Shown: positions 1 through 9,703, counted from the stretch's first letter. The stretch is 24,000 nt of DNA from an uncultured Clostridia bacterium (GCA_944383345.1 CALWPE010000080.1:934-24933), one strand, 5' to 3'. Numbers and translations: made by a program. The notes: generated by a model not told the origin, from the letters alone.

Positions 1-335
1 AAGCACTTGCCGATATTATACACAACAGACTGAATGACCCAAGATTAAGTGAATTTATTACAGTGACATATGCACACTTGTCAGTCGATTTTAGACATTG
101 CAAAGTGGGCATAAGTGTCTACACTGGAGATAAAAATGTTGTTATAAAACAACTTCGTAAGAGTGAAGGCTATATAAAGCGTGAACTTGTAAAAGATGTT
201 AAGTTGCCTTTTACTCCTGAACTTACATTTATTTTGGATGAGGGCGCAAAATATAGCGATAAGATAAATGAAATCATTAGTACACTTAATATTCCAAAAG
301 AGGATGTAGATGAAGACGATTCTAAAGAAGATTAA
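1..335 (+). CDS. rbfA: Ribosome-binding factor A, C-terminal part (gene starts left of the window)
   Basis: Open frame from base 3 (ALADIIHNRLNDPRLSEFITVTYAHLSVDFRHCKVGISVYTG) resembles the RbfA 'I..E..DPRL...TVT.V..S.D...AKV..SV' pattern; located upstream of DHH phosphoesterase-truB. The ORF track starts at 63 only because of an internal GTG. Confidence 0.85.
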   Translation, partial: ALADIIHNRLNDPRLSEFITVTYAHLSVDFRHCKVGISVYTGDKNVVIKQLRKSEGYIKRELVKDVKLPFTPELTFILDEGAKYSDKINEIISTLNIPKEDVDEDDSKED

Positions 336-1275
336 AAAAAGTAATAGGGTGGCAGTATTTGGGCATCAATCACCAGATGGCGATTGTATAAGTTGCTTAT
401 ATGCCATCACTTTTTTATGTAAACAACTAAATAAAACAGTTGATGCTTTTATTGATGACGATATTCCAACTCGTTATAAGTTTATCGATACAAGTTTTAT
501 CAACAATAAAATATTTGATAAAGAAAATTACGATTTATTTATTTCTGTTGATGTTGCAGATAAGCATCTACTTGGTAAATACAAAGATGCTTTTAATAAA
601 GACAATCAAACAATAAGCATTGACCATCATGCAATTCGTGACCTTGTTAGCGATATTACATATGTTGAAAAGACTGCATCATGTGCAGAAATATTATACA
701 AACTATTAAAGTTGTCAAAATTCAAGTTGGATAGCAGGGTATCAACATTTTTGTATATGGGTGTTGCAGATGATACTGGTTGTTTTTTATATGATAATAC
801 AACCACAGATTCACATTATATTGCAGGAAAGTTAATTGAAAATGGTGCTGATATGAGTTCGGTCAACTACCATCTTTTTAAACTCGTAACAAACAAAACC
901 CATGAATTGATGAAAAAGATTGATGAGATTGTAGAAGAAAAAGACGGGATAAGATATGTTGTTGTAAACCAAAAATTCATGCAAAAAAATGATTGTCAAA
1001 AATCAGATTTTGGTGACTATGCAAACACTTTGTTAAATTATGAAAATACAAAAATTGCTTTTACAATGTTTGAAAAACAAAACAAAGTTTATTCGCTTAG
1101 TTTTAGGTGCCTAAAAAATTATAATGTTGCAGAAGTTGCATCCAAATTGGGTGGTGGTGGACACAATCAGGCAGCAGGTGGAAAAATCTCTGGTGACGAA
1201 AAAGAATGTTTGCAAAAAGTTTTAAATCTTGTTAGTGAAGAACTAAAAAGGGGAGACAAAAATGCTAACAGATAA
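310..1275 (+). CDS. nrnA: DHH-family phosphoesterase (NrnA-like oligoribonuclease/pAp phosphatase)
   Basis: 321 aa; FGHQSPDGD, DVADK, SIDHH and C-terminal GGGGHNQAAGG motifs of DHH/DHHA1 proteins; between rbfA and truB. Confidence 0.9.
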   Translation: MKTILKKIKKSNRVAVFGHQSPDGDCISCLYAITFLCKQLNKTVDAFIDDDIPTRYKFIDTSFINNKIFDKENYDLFISVDVADKHLLGKYKDAFNKDNQTISIDHHAIRDLVSDITYVEKTASCAEILYKLLKLSKFKLDSRVSTFLYMGVADDTGCFLYDNTTTDSHYIAGKLIENGADMSSVNYHLFKLVTNKTHELMKKIDEIVEEKDGIRYVVVNQKFMQKNDCQKSDFGDYANTLLNYENTKIAFTMFEKQNKVYSLSFRCLKNYNVAEVASKLGGGGHNQAAGGKISGDEKECLQKVLNLVSEELKRGDKNANR

Positions 1276-1933
1276 CGGTATAATTGTTTTAAATAAACCA
1301 ACCAATATGTCAAGTAGTCAAGCAGTACAAAAAGTAAAACATATATTAAAGCCAAATAAGATTGGACATATGGGAACACTTGACCCTCTTGGGAGTGGAG
1401 TGTTAATTCTTGGTATAAATAAAGGTACAAGATTATTTGATAGTTTTTTAAAACATACCAAAACTTATAGAGCAATTTTTTATTTTGGAGAGCAGACGGA
1501 CACATTAGATAGCGAAGGCAAAGTAATCAAAAAAAATATGTGTGATATAAAAATTGAAGATGTACAAAATTTGTGTCCTAAGTTCATCGGTAAATTTGAC
1601 CAAATACCACCACAATATTCGGCAAAAAAAATCAATGGCAAAAAAGCATATCAATTAGCAAGAAGTGGAGAGGAGATACAACTTAAACCAAGGGCTATTC
1701 AGATTTATGATTTATCGTGTAAAGCGCAATTAAAGAAGAATACTTTTCTCTTTGAAATAACTTGTTCAAGTGGTACATACATAAGAAGTTTATGTAGAGA
1801 TTTTGCAGAGGCATTATCAACATATGGTACTATGCTAGCGATTGTACGCACAAAATCTGGTGATTATGATATAACACAGAGTTGCACTATTGCAGATATA
1901 GAAAAAGGCAACTATAAAATTTTAACAGTGTAA
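1262..1933 (+). CDS. truB: tRNA pseudouridine(55) synthase TruB
   Basis: 223 aa; 'GIIVLNKPTNMSSSQAV', 'KIGHMGTLDPLGSGVLILGINKGTRL' and 'CSSGTYIRSLCRDFAEAL' are TruB signatures. Confidence 0.95.
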   Translation: MLTDNGIIVLNKPTNMSSSQAVQKVKHILKPNKIGHMGTLDPLGSGVLILGINKGTRLFDSFLKHTKTYRAIFYFGEQTDTLDSEGKVIKKNMCDIKIEDVQNLCPKFIGKFDQIPPQYSAKKINGKKAYQLARSGEEIQLKPRAIQIYDLSCKAQLKKNTFLFEITCSSGTYIRSLCRDFAEALSTYGTMLAIVRTKSGDYDITQSCTIADIEKGNYKILTV

Positions 1934-1947
1934 AAAAGGAACAAAAT

Positions 1948-2805
1948 ATGACAAATATAGTAAGATTTGGACCATCAGGTAATCAAAAATTGTTTTATGA
2001 TACAGGTCATAAACACAGCATCGAAGCACCATTATGGTTAAAGAATATGGGGCTTAATGCCTATGAGTTTTCTTTTGGCCGAGGATTTACAATAAAAGAA
2101 GACACTGCTAGAAAAATTGGTGAAGAAGCAAAAAAGTATGATGTTTTAATATCATGCCATGCACCATATTATATAAACCTAGCAAACCCAGACCCACTTA
2201 TGATTGAAAAATCTTTTGGGTATGTTACTCGTGGGCTTGTTTTACTTGATTGTTTTGGTGGTACTGATTATGTTGTTCACATTGGTTCATGTGGAAAACT
2301 AACAAGAGATGTTGCACTAGGTAACATAAGAAAAAATTTGAAAACATTGTTAGTTATTTTAAAGCAAGGTGATTATTTAAAAGGTGGTAAAAGACTATGT
2401 ATAGAGACGATGGGAAAACCACAACAAATTGGTACTTATCAAGAAATAATTGACTTATGTACACTTGATGAATGTTTGGTACCAACTTTTGACTTTGGGC
2501 ATATCAACGCTTTGACTGGTGGAACTCTTAAAACATACGATGATTACAAAAAAATATTTGATTTAGCAATTGAAAAATTAGGTGAAAGAGCAAAGAGTTG
2601 CCATATACATTTTTCTAAAATTGAGTATGGTGCAAAAGGGGAAATAAGGCATCTAAACTACGATGACAAAATTTTTGGACCAGACTTTGAACCTTTGGCT
2701 AGGGTAATAAAGGATATGAAATTAACCCCAACCATAATTTGTGAATCGAAAGACAATATGGCGACAGATAGTTTGATAATGAAGGGCATTTATGAATCAT
2801 TATAA
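1948..2805 (+). CDS. nfo: Deoxyribonuclease IV (AP endonuclease, Nfo family)
   Basis: 285 aa; TIM-barrel Nfo motifs (ISCHAPYYINLANP, VVHIGS, LCIETMGK, FDFGHINA, CHIHFSKIEYG, ICESK). Confidence 0.92.
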   Translation: MTNIVRFGPSGNQKLFYDTGHKHSIEAPLWLKNMGLNAYEFSFGRGFTIKEDTARKIGEEAKKYDVLISCHAPYYINLANPDPLMIEKSFGYVTRGLVLLDCFGGTDYVVHIGSCGKLTRDVALGNIRKNLKTLLVILKQGDYLKGGKRLCIETMGKPQQIGTYQEIIDLCTLDECLVPTFDFGHINALTGGTLKTYDDYKKIFDLAIEKLGERAKSCHIHFSKIEYGAKGEIRHLNYDDKIFGPDFEPLARVIKDMKLTPTIICESKDNMATDSLIMKGIYESL

Positions 2806-3355
2806 TGTAAAAAGAATAGTATCAAACATACTTATGGAAAATTGTTATATCGTCTATGATGACAAAAACGCACTAATAATTGACCCGGGCAATACCTATT
2901 TTGAAGTTATGGATTTTGTGACAAAAAACAAACTAAAAATTTTGGCTGTACTTTTAACACATGGGCATTTTGACCATTGTTTATCATGTAAAAGTTTTCA
3001 GCAAGATGGTGCTTTAATCTATATACACAAACTAGATGAAGATAAACTTTATACAGATGGTAATTTGTCCACAATGCTTGGTATTGAATTTCCTTTTATT
3101 CACGCAGATGTTACCTTTGTTGAAGGAATATTAAATATAGGTGAATTTGAAGTTGATGTTATTCATACACCGGGACATTCAAAAGGTAGTGTTTGTTATA
3201 TAATAGGTGATTGCTTTTTTAGTGGTGATACATTTTTTGCACAAGGCATTGGAAGAACAGATTTTTATGACGGAAATTTTAAAGATATGCAAAATAGTTT
3301 AAATAAATTGAAATCATATTTAAAAATGCCATATAAATTTTATTATGGTCATTAA
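2792..3355 (+). CDS. Metallo-beta-lactamase-fold hydrolase (glyoxalase II-like), short C-terminus
   Basis: 187 aa; THGHFDH, HTPGHSKGSVCY, FSGDTFF and terminal GH; overlaps the nfo stop by 14 nt. Confidence 0.88.
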   Translation: MNHYNVKRIVSNILMENCYIVYDDKNALIIDPGNTYFEVMDFVTKNKLKILAVLLTHGHFDHCLSCKSFQQDGALIYIHKLDEDKLYTDGNLSTMLGIEFPFIHADVTFVEGILNIGEFEVDVIHTPGHSKGSVCYIIGDCFFSGDTFFAQGIGRTDFYDGNFKDMQNSLNKLKSYLKMPYKFYYGH

Positions 3356-3422
3356 AAAATGGTTGCATTTAGTGACTGAATTGTGTTATTCTTAATTAGG
3401 TAATATAACATAAGGAGAAATT

Positions 3423-3983
3423 ATGATAACAGCAGGAGATTTTAGAAAAGGCGTAACTTTTGAAATGGAAGGAAATGTTTACACTGTAGTTGAGTTTATG
3501 CATGTTAAACCAGGCAAAGGTTCACCATTTGTTAGAACAAAATTAAAAAATGTTATAACTGGACAGGTTATTGAAAGAACTTTTAACCCAACGGATAAAT
3601 TCCAAGTAGCAGTTATAGAAAGAAAAGAGATGCAATATCTTTATCATGAAGGTGACTTGTATTATTTCATGGATATGGAAACATATGACCAAATTCCATT
3701 CAATAAATCACAAGTTGAAGACGCAATGAACTTCATGACCGAAAACATGATGGCAACAGTCCAATTCTATAAAGGCACAGCATTTTCAGTTGAACCACCA
3801 ACATTTGTTGAACTTACAGTTGTAGATTGTGAGCCAGGTGTACAGGGCGATACTGCAAAATCAAGTTATAAACCAGCAACACTTGAAACTGGCTATGTAA
3901 TTGGCGTTCCACTTTTTGTAAATAGTGGAGAAAAAATCCGTGTTGATACTCGTGATGGTAGTTACATGGAGCGTGTAAAATAA
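3423..3983 (+). CDS. efp: Elongation factor P
   Basis: 186 aa; '[46 protein letters not shown]' and C-terminal '[18 protein letters not shown]'; AAGGAG upstream. Confidence 0.97.
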   Translation: MITAGDFRKGVTFEMEGNVYTVVEFMHVKPGKGSPFVRTKLKNVITGQVIERTFNPTDKFQVAVIERKEMQYLYHEGDLYYFMDMETYDQIPFNKSQVEDAMNFMTENMMATVQFYKGTAFSVEPPTFVELTVVDCEPGVQGDTAKSSYKPATLETGYVIGVPLFVNSGEKIRVDTRDGSYMERVK

Positions 3984-4004
3984 TTTAAAAATATTTTTGT
4001 CGAG

Positions 4005-4039
4005 ATATGCAATATTTTGTAATATTGCATATTTTTTTT
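4005..4039 (+). terminator. Intrinsic terminator after efp
   Basis: Perfect 12-bp stem ATATGCAATATT / AATATTGCATAT, loop TTGT, followed by T7. Confidence 0.88.
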
Positions 4040-4093
4040 GCGTTTAGTTATTATTTGATTTTTCTCTTATTATAAATTTTATAGGAGAAAAAT

Positions 4094-5005
4094 ATGTTAC
4101 AAGAAATTTTGTCCGAACCTTTATCAAATATTATAAATTACAAAATAGCAATTTCTCAACTTTCAGAGATAAGGTTAAGAGCCGATAAACCGATTGTAGT
4201 TTTTGTAAAAGGTCAACCGTATTACATAAATGAAAAAGGATTATGTTGTGACATAAATAGTGCCATGTATTGTAGTCAAGATATGATTGCAGATATTGTC
4301 TATAAAGCAAGTGATTATTCAATATACTCGGTAAGTGAACAAATAAAAAATGGCTATATAACAATGTCTAATGGGGTAAGAATTGGGCTTTGTGGTAATG
4401 TTATAGAAGAAAATGGTCAAGTAAAAACAATAACAAACTGGACAAGTCTAAATATAAGAATACCTCACATGATAAAAAATATTTCTCTTTGTGCTTTTGA
4501 TGATATTGTTGATGAAACAGGCATACACAATACGCTTGTAGTTTCACCACCGGGAGCAGGGAAAACGACTTTTTTAAGAGATTTCTTGTTGCAACTTTCT
4601 GAGCATAACTATTGTTTAAATGTGTGTGTAATTGACGAAAGGGGAGAAATTGCAGGTGGTGTGGATAGTAAACTCGACATTGGTAATTTTTGCGATGTCA
4701 TTAGTTTTTGCAGTAAAAAGGTTGGTTTCATACAAAGCATAAGGGCAATGAATCCGGGGCTAATCGTAACCGATGAACTAGCAGATAAGGAAGATGCTAA
4801 GTGCCTAATAGATGCAATGAACTGTGGGGTAAAGGTTATAGCAACTGCTCATGCGTCTAGCATGGAAGAACTAAGAAGAAAAGATTTTTTTGCTAATTTA
4901 CCTTCTCATTATTTTGAAAGATATGTTTTATTTTCAAAAAGAGAGGGGCCGGGCACTTATGAGGGAACATACAACGAAAAATTCTCAAAAATAGTGAAGT
5001 GGTGA
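4094..5005 (+). CDS. spoIIIAA: Stage III sporulation protein AA (engulfment ATPase)
   Basis: 303 aa; Walker A 'VSPPGAGKTTFLRD', 'DERGEIAG', 'LIVTDELA'; first gene of a complete spoIIIA operon. Confidence 0.95.
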   Translation: MLQEILSEPLSNIINYKIAISQLSEIRLRADKPIVVFVKGQPYYINEKGLCCDINSAMYCSQDMIADIVYKASDYSIYSVSEQIKNGYITMSNGVRIGLCGNVIEENGQVKTITNWTSLNIRIPHMIKNISLCAFDDIVDETGIHNTLVVSPPGAGKTTFLRDFLLQLSEHNYCLNVCVIDERGEIAGGVDSKLDIGNFCDVISFCSKKVGFIQSIRAMNPGLIVTDELADKEDAKCLIDAMNCGVKVIATAHASSMEELRRKDFFANLPSHYFERYVLFSKREGPGTYEGTYNEKFSKIVKW

Positions 5006-5009
5006 AGCA

Positions 5010-5504
5010 ATGACCATTATTTTGATTGTTATTATAATTTTTTGCTTTGGGCTTATAGGCTTTAAATTGTCATCATATTACATAAACAGAAAGAAGTTTT
5101 TTTCGTCATTAGTTTTAATGCTTTCAAATATAGAGGCAGATGTCGTTTTTAGTAGGGACAAATTAGCGAACATATTAAGAAAGAATATACAGGTTTGTGC
5201 AAGTAATGACCTTCGTACACTATGCGAAAAGATAATTTTCGCCATAGACAACAAAGAGATAATTACTCCTGAAGCATTTGAACAAATAAAAATATTAAGA
5301 AATGATGAAAGACAACTTTTATATAAATTTTTTTCATCACTGGGAAGATATGACGCCTTTGCTCAAAGCAAAGAGATAAAAACATACCAATTAGCGATAA
5401 ACGATTACAACAAAGAGGCACAAGAAGAGTGTAAAAAATATTCTGGGCTATTTGTAAAACTAGGAATCATTATTGGTATTTTAGTGTGCCTACTTATCAT
5501 ATAG
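5010..5504 (+). CDS. spoIIIAB: Stage III sporulation protein AB
   Basis: 164 aa; N-terminal TM, C-terminal 'KLGIIIGILVCLLII'; position in the operon. Confidence 0.88.
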   Translation: MTIILIVIIIFCFGLIGFKLSSYYINRKKFFSSLVLMLSNIEADVVFSRDKLANILRKNIQVCASNDLRTLCEKIIFAIDNKEIITPEAFEQIKILRNDERQLLYKFFSSLGRYDAFAQSKEIKTYQLAINDYNKEAQEECKKYSGLFVKLGIIIGILVCLLII

Positions 5505-5514
5505 GAGGAATGTA

Positions 5515-5709
5515 ATGGGTGTTGAAATTATATTCAAGATTGCTGCTGTTGGAATACTTACAACAGTTGTTGGGCAAATACTCAAACAAAGTGGTAAGGA
5601 AGAAATTGCTACTTTTTCAACATTGGCTGGACTAATCATTGTGCTCTTGATGGTTTTAGACCTTATTAGCACCCTTTTTGATACTGTGAAAAATTTATTT
5701 GGTCTTTAA
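5515..5709 (+). CDS. spoIIIAC: Stage III sporulation protein AC
   Basis: 64 aa; 'GVEIIFKIAAVGILTTVVGQILKQSGKEEIATF' typical of SpoIIIAC. Confidence 0.93.
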   Translation: MGVEIIFKIAAVGILTTVVGQILKQSGKEEIATFSTLAGLIIVLLMVLDLISTLFDTVKNLFGL

Positions 5710-5718
5710 GGAGGTGGT

Positions 5719-6105
5719 ATGGACATAATAAAAATTGTCGGAATTGGACTTATCACCGTAATAGCGACAATGCTTATAAAGCCAATAAAGCCCGAAATGA
5801 GCATAATTATAGGGCTATGTGGTGGCATACTTATTTTGGTACAAACAATAAATTATGCTGTCGACATCGTTGATGCGTTTTGGGGAATTGTAAATAAGAC
5901 AGGGCTTGATGCTGGACTTTTAAAAACATTATTAAAAATAATTGGAGTAGGTTATTTAACAGAATTTTCTGCTAACATGTGTTATGATGCAGGGTCAAGT
6001 GGAATCGCTGACAAAATATTGTTTGCTGGAAAAGTTATTATTCTAGTTATCGCATTACCAATAGTAACAAGCATTATAGAAATAATCGTGGAGATATTGC
6101 CATGA
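5719..6105 (+). CDS. spoIIIAD: Stage III sporulation protein AD
   Basis: 128 aa multi-TM; 'YLTEFSANMCYDAGSSGIADKI...GKVIILVIALPIV' typical of SpoIIIAD. Confidence 0.93.
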   Translation: MDIIKIVGIGLITVIATMLIKPIKPEMSIIIGLCGGILILVQTINYAVDIVDAFWGIVNKTGLDAGLLKTLLKIIGVGYLTEFSANMCYDAGSSGIADKILFAGKVIILVIALPIVTSIIEIIVEILP

Positions 6106-7304
6106 AAAAGTTTATAATCATTTTGTTTGTTCTTATGTTGGTAGTTTCAATTTTTTCAATCAATCAAACACAAAATTGTGTTTATGCCGAGGAGCAATTA
6201 TCTGCTTCTGAAATTGAAGAAATTTTAGAGGAGAGTATAGGCTCTCAACTAGACGATTTAGATTTTAGTGAACTTGAAGAAATATTGGCTTCGCTAGGTG
6301 ATGAAGGTCAAGAGATATTTGGAAATGAATCTTTTGTGGAAAAGTTAAAACAAATATTAAATGGTGATTTGTCCGACTACAATAAATCAATTTGGACAAG
6401 CATTTTAAATTTGTTTTTTGAAGATGTACTTTCTTTTTTACCTGTTTTGTCTTTAGTAATTGCAATAGCAGTTATGTTTAGTTTGGTCAATGCATCAAAA
6501 CCAAGTTCAAAAAATAAGTCGATAGGTGATGTTATCCACTTTGTTTGCTTCGGTGCAATAATTGTCCTTTTGGTTGGTTATAGCGTTAAAATGCTGACGC
6601 TTACATCTAATACTTTGCAATCAATAAAGGCACAAATGGATATTGCTTTGCCGATACTTTTAACAGTACTAACTGCAATAGGTGGTGTTACCTCTGTGAG
6701 TGTATATCAACCGGCTGTGGCTATTTTAAGTGGAACAATCATCAATATCTTTACGAATATACTTATGCCAATATTTATATTTAGACTTGTATTTTCAATA
6801 GTTGGAAATTTGTCAAACAATGTCAAGTTGGATAAATTTGCTTCGTTTTTTTCAAGTTTGTTCAAGTGGATAGTAGGTGGAGTATTTACAGTTTTTTCTG
6901 CATTTTTAACTATTCAAGGAATTACGGCTGGAAGTGTCGATGGTATATCGTTTAGGACGGCAAAATACGCAATAAAAAACTCAATACCACTTGTAGGCTC
7001 ATATTTGTCAGATGGACTTAATTTGATTGTTGCTAGCAGTGTGCTTATAAAAAATGCAGTTGGTGCAACCGGACTTGTTTTGTTGTTCTCCACAATTATA
7101 GTCCCTATATTAAATTTGATAGTTTTCATGTTGTCTTTAAAATTGGTTTCAGCAATATTAGAACCAATAACAGATAGTAGAATATCTAACTTTATTTCAA
7201 TGCTTGCTAAAAGTATTTCTTTATTGATTGTACTAATTATTGGCTGTGCTTTTATGTATCTTATAATGACCGGTATGATAATGGTTAGTGCCAACTTTTT
7301 TTAA
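6102..7304 (+). CDS. spoIIIAE: Stage III sporulation protein AE
   Basis: 400 aa, signal/TM N-terminus and multi-TM C-terminal domain; order in operon. Confidence 0.93.
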   Translation: MKKFIIILFVLMLVVSIFSINQTQNCVYAEEQLSASEIEEILEESIGSQLDDLDFSELEEILASLGDEGQEIFGNESFVEKLKQILNGDLSDYNKSIWTSILNLFFEDVLSFLPVLSLVIAIAVMFSLVNASKPSSKNKSIGDVIHFVCFGAIIVLLVGYSVKMLTLTSNTLQSIKAQMDIALPILLTVLTAIGGVTSVSVYQPAVAILSGTIINIFTNILMPIFIFRLVFSIVGNLSNNVKLDKFASFFSSLFKWIVGGVFTVFSAFLTIQGITAGSVDGISFRTAKYAIKNSIPLVGSYLSDGLNLIVASSVLIKNAVGATGLVLLFSTIIVPILNLIVFMLSLKLVSAILEPITDSRISNFISMLAKSISLLIVLIIGCAFMYLIMTGMIMVSANFF

Positions 7305-7315
7305 AGGAGTTTGAT

Positions 7316-7804
7316 ATGAATGTTTCTGCATGGGTTTTATCAATAGCGGGGGTTAGTGTTTTGTCTATTTTAATTGACCTATTTTTGCCAAACGGAGAAA
7401 CCAATAGTCACATAAAAACGGTTTTTAACTATGTTATTATCTTTGTGATTATTGCACCTTTGCCATCACTGATAAAGTCGGATTTTGATACATCATCAAT
7501 ATTTACAGAATCCGAAATTGTCTTACAAGAAGATTACATTTATCAATTAAACAGAGACAAACTTACTATGCTTGAAACGAGTATGGAAAAAGAATTAGAT
7601 GACAGAGGATTAAAGTATATTGATATATCAATTTCGGCCGATATCTTTACTACTGTTATGAAAATTGAGACGATTTATGTCGATTTTAGTAGTTTAGTTA
7701 TAGTAGGAGATGAAGAGCATATAGATATAGAGAATGAGGCAGTCGATGTAATTACTTCATTTGTAAATATAGAAAAGGAGAATATTGTATTTAGTGGATA
7801 CTAA
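7316..7804 (+). CDS. spoIIIAF: Stage III sporulation protein AF
   Basis: 162 aa; N-terminal TMs and 'VLSILIDLFLPNGE' pattern; operon position. Confidence 0.88.
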   Translation: MNVSAWVLSIAGVSVLSILIDLFLPNGETNSHIKTVFNYVIIFVIIAPLPSLIKSDFDTSSIFTESEIVLQEDYIYQLNRDKLTMLETSMEKELDDRGLKYIDISISADIFTTVMKIETIYVDFSSLVIVGDEEHIDIENEAVDVITSFVNIEKENIVFSGY

Positions 7805-8339
7805 ACAGAAAAAACAAGGTATATGGGAAAAACTAAAAAACATCAAGCATTTTGAAATTATTGTAGTCATAGTATTTTGTGCCATATTGTTGCTTATTTA
7901 CAGTTCGACCTTTTCTTCCAAAAATAGTGAAGAAAACACACTGACGGCACTAACAACAGAGGAATATGCAGAGTACCTTGAGAATAAATTATCATATGTA
8001 CTCTCACAAATAAATGGGGCTGGAAATGTGAGTGTTATGATTACACTTAGTTGCGGTGTTGAGTATGTGTATGCTACGAATACAACAGAAGAAACCACTT
8101 CTCAAACTGTTGCAGGAACAACAACCACACAAACGACAACAGAAGAAGAATTGATTTTTACATCTCAGGGTGGTAAAGATTCTCCAATAATAATAAAGGA
8201 GAACTTACCAAAAGTTAGTGGAGTGTTGATAGTTAGTAGTGGAGCAAGTGACATAAGCGTAATGATGGAACTGCAAAAAGCAGTTGTAGCATTACTTGAA
8301 ATTGATGCAAATGATATAGAAATTTTAGTTGGTAAATAA
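7785..8339 (+). CDS. spoIIIAG: Stage III sporulation protein AG
   Basis: 184 aa; 'YAEYLENKLSYVLSQINGAGNVSVMITL' and 'PKVSGVLIVSSGA' motifs; start is TTG 7785 or GTG 7794. Confidence 0.9.
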   Translation: MYLVDTKQKKQGIWEKLKNIKHFEIIVVIVFCAILLLIYSSTFSSKNSEENTLTALTTEEYAEYLENKLSYVLSQINGAGNVSVMITLSCGVEYVYATNTTEETTSQTVAGTTTTQTTTEEELIFTSQGGKDSPIIIKENLPKVSGVLIVSSGASDISVMMELQKAVVALLEIDANDIEILVGK

Positions 8340-8350
8340 AGGAGATTATT

Positions 8351-8824
8351 ATGTTAAAGAAAAGAACAAAGATTATCATTTTAGTTGCTATGGTATTATT
8401 ACTTGGAGTTACTGGATACTTAAATATTGCACTTAACAACAGTGCTACGACACCTACAACTGGAACAGTGACACAGATGAATTATTTTGATACATACAGA
8501 CAAGACCGACAAACAACTCGTGACCAAGAACTTTTGTATTATGACGCTATAATAAATTCTGAAGATTCAACAGAAGAAGCAAAACTAAATGCCGAAGCAA
8601 TGAAAATGGAGATTGTTGAGCAAATGGAATCAGAACTTGTTATGGAAGGGCTTATTAAAGCAAAAGGCTTTGAAGATGCAATAGTAACAAATTCTGCAAA
8701 CAATATCAATGTTATAGTAAAATGTGCATCACTTGAAAGTTCACAAGTTGCTCAAATAGTTTCAATAGTTCAAGAGCAGACACAAAAATCAATAGACAAT
8801 ATTAAAATAATTCCTGTAGAATAA
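8351..8824 (+). CDS. spoIIIAH: Stage III sporulation protein AH (SpoIIQ partner)
   Basis: 157 aa; N-terminal TM, 'YFDTYRQDRQTTRDQELLYYDAIINS' and 'KGFEDAIV...INVIVK' pattern. Confidence 0.92.
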   Translation: MLKKRTKIIILVAMVLLLGVTGYLNIALNNSATTPTTGTVTQMNYFDTYRQDRQTTRDQELLYYDAIINSEDSTEEAKLNAEAMKMEIVEQMESELVMEGLIKAKGFEDAIVTNSANNINVIVKCASLESSQVAQIVSIVQEQTQKSIDNIKIIPVE

Positions 8825-8853
8825 TTGCAAAACTAATAAATGTATGTTATATT
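8825..8853 (+). promoter_or_regulatory. Putative sigmaA-type promoter for the asp23-family/nusB/xseAB genes
   Basis: TTGCAA (8825-8830) - 17 nt - TATATT (8848-8853), directly after the spoIIIAH stop. Confidence 0.55.
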
Positions 8854-8900
8854 ATAAATAAATTGGTGAAAACCTATAATATAACAAAGAGAGGGTTCTA

Positions 8901-9275
8901 GTGTCACAGCCATACAGTCAACTTCAAGAAGATAAAGGTAAGATAACTTGCGATAGAAATATTTTATTATCCATCATCTCATTAGCGACAAAAGAGATAA
9001 GTGGTGTGTCAAGTTTGCAAGACAGTTTTTCTATGAAACTTAAAAAGATGTTTTCAAAATCGGACTCTACTGGTGTTAAGTTAAAAATTGCTCAAAACGG
9101 ACAACTAATTATTGATGTGTTTATAAGAATATACAGTGGAAATAGTGTCCCTGATATAGCATACAGGGTTCAAGAAAATATTAAAAACAACATAGTTTCC
9201 ATGGTTGAGATGAGAGTTAATAAAATAAATATCCATATCGTGGGTGTTGATTTTAAAGCAGAAGAACAAAATTAA
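8901..9275 (+). CDS. Asp23/Gls24 family (DUF322) envelope stress response protein
   Basis: 124 aa; 'ISLATKEISGVSSL', 'VFIRIYSGNSVPDIAYRVQENIKNNIVSM' as in Asp23 family; conserved position upstream of nusB. GTG start. Confidence 0.88.
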   Translation: MSQPYSQLQEDKGKITCDRNILLSIISLATKEISGVSSLQDSFSMKLKKMFSKSDSTGVKLKIAQNGQLIIDVFIRIYSGNSVPDIAYRVQENIKNNIVSMVEMRVNKINIHIVGVDFKAEEQN

Positions 9276-9300
9276 AGTCCACTACAAAAGTGGATTTTTT
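9274..9300 (+). terminator. Putative intrinsic terminator/attenuator between the asp23-family gene and nusB
   Basis: AAAGTCCACT / AGTGGATTTT (10 bp with one G-U), loop ACAAA, continuing into a T-run. Confidence 0.65.
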
Positions 9301-9313
9301 ATAGTGAGGTATT

Positions 9314-9703
9314 ATGCGAAAATACGCAAGAGAAGTAGCGTTTTGTAAAGTTTTTGAAACATTGTTTAATTCCACAACAAATGTTGATGGAATTTTTGAC
9401 TTTACTGATTTAACAAAGCAAGAGGATATTGATTTTGCAAATACACTTGTAAAACTTGCCCTTGATCATCATGATGAGATAGAGAGTTTAATTAGTGAAA
9501 ATCTTAAAGATTATAGTTTGGATAGGCTTTATAGGGTTGATAGAGCAATCTTAATTCTTGCTATTGCAGAGTTAAAGTATTATGCACAAACACCAGAAAA
9601 AGTTGTTATAAATGAAGCCGTAAATCTTGCAAAGAAATATGGCACAGAAAAAAGTTACTCATTTGTAAATGGTGTACTAAAATCAATTATCGAGGAGAAA
9701 TAG
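9314..9703 (+). CDS. nusB: Transcription antitermination factor NusB
   Basis: 129 aa; 'REVAFCKVFE', 'DRAILILAIAEL', 'KVVINEAVNLAKKYGTEKSYSFVNGVL'. Confidence 0.95.
   Translation: MRKYAREVAFCKVFETLFNSTTNVDGIFDFTDLTKQEDIDFANTLVKLALDHHDEIESLISENLKDYSLDRLYRVDRAILILAIAELKYYAQTPEKVVINEAVNLAKKYGTEKSYSFVNGVLKSIIEEK

Noticed and set aside
3363-3409. Promoter upstream of efp (TTGTGT-N17-TATAAC or TTGCAT-N17-TTATTC)
   Set aside because: Weak -35 and, for the first, a predicted +1 that overlaps the efp AAGGAG. Not strong enough to list as a feature.
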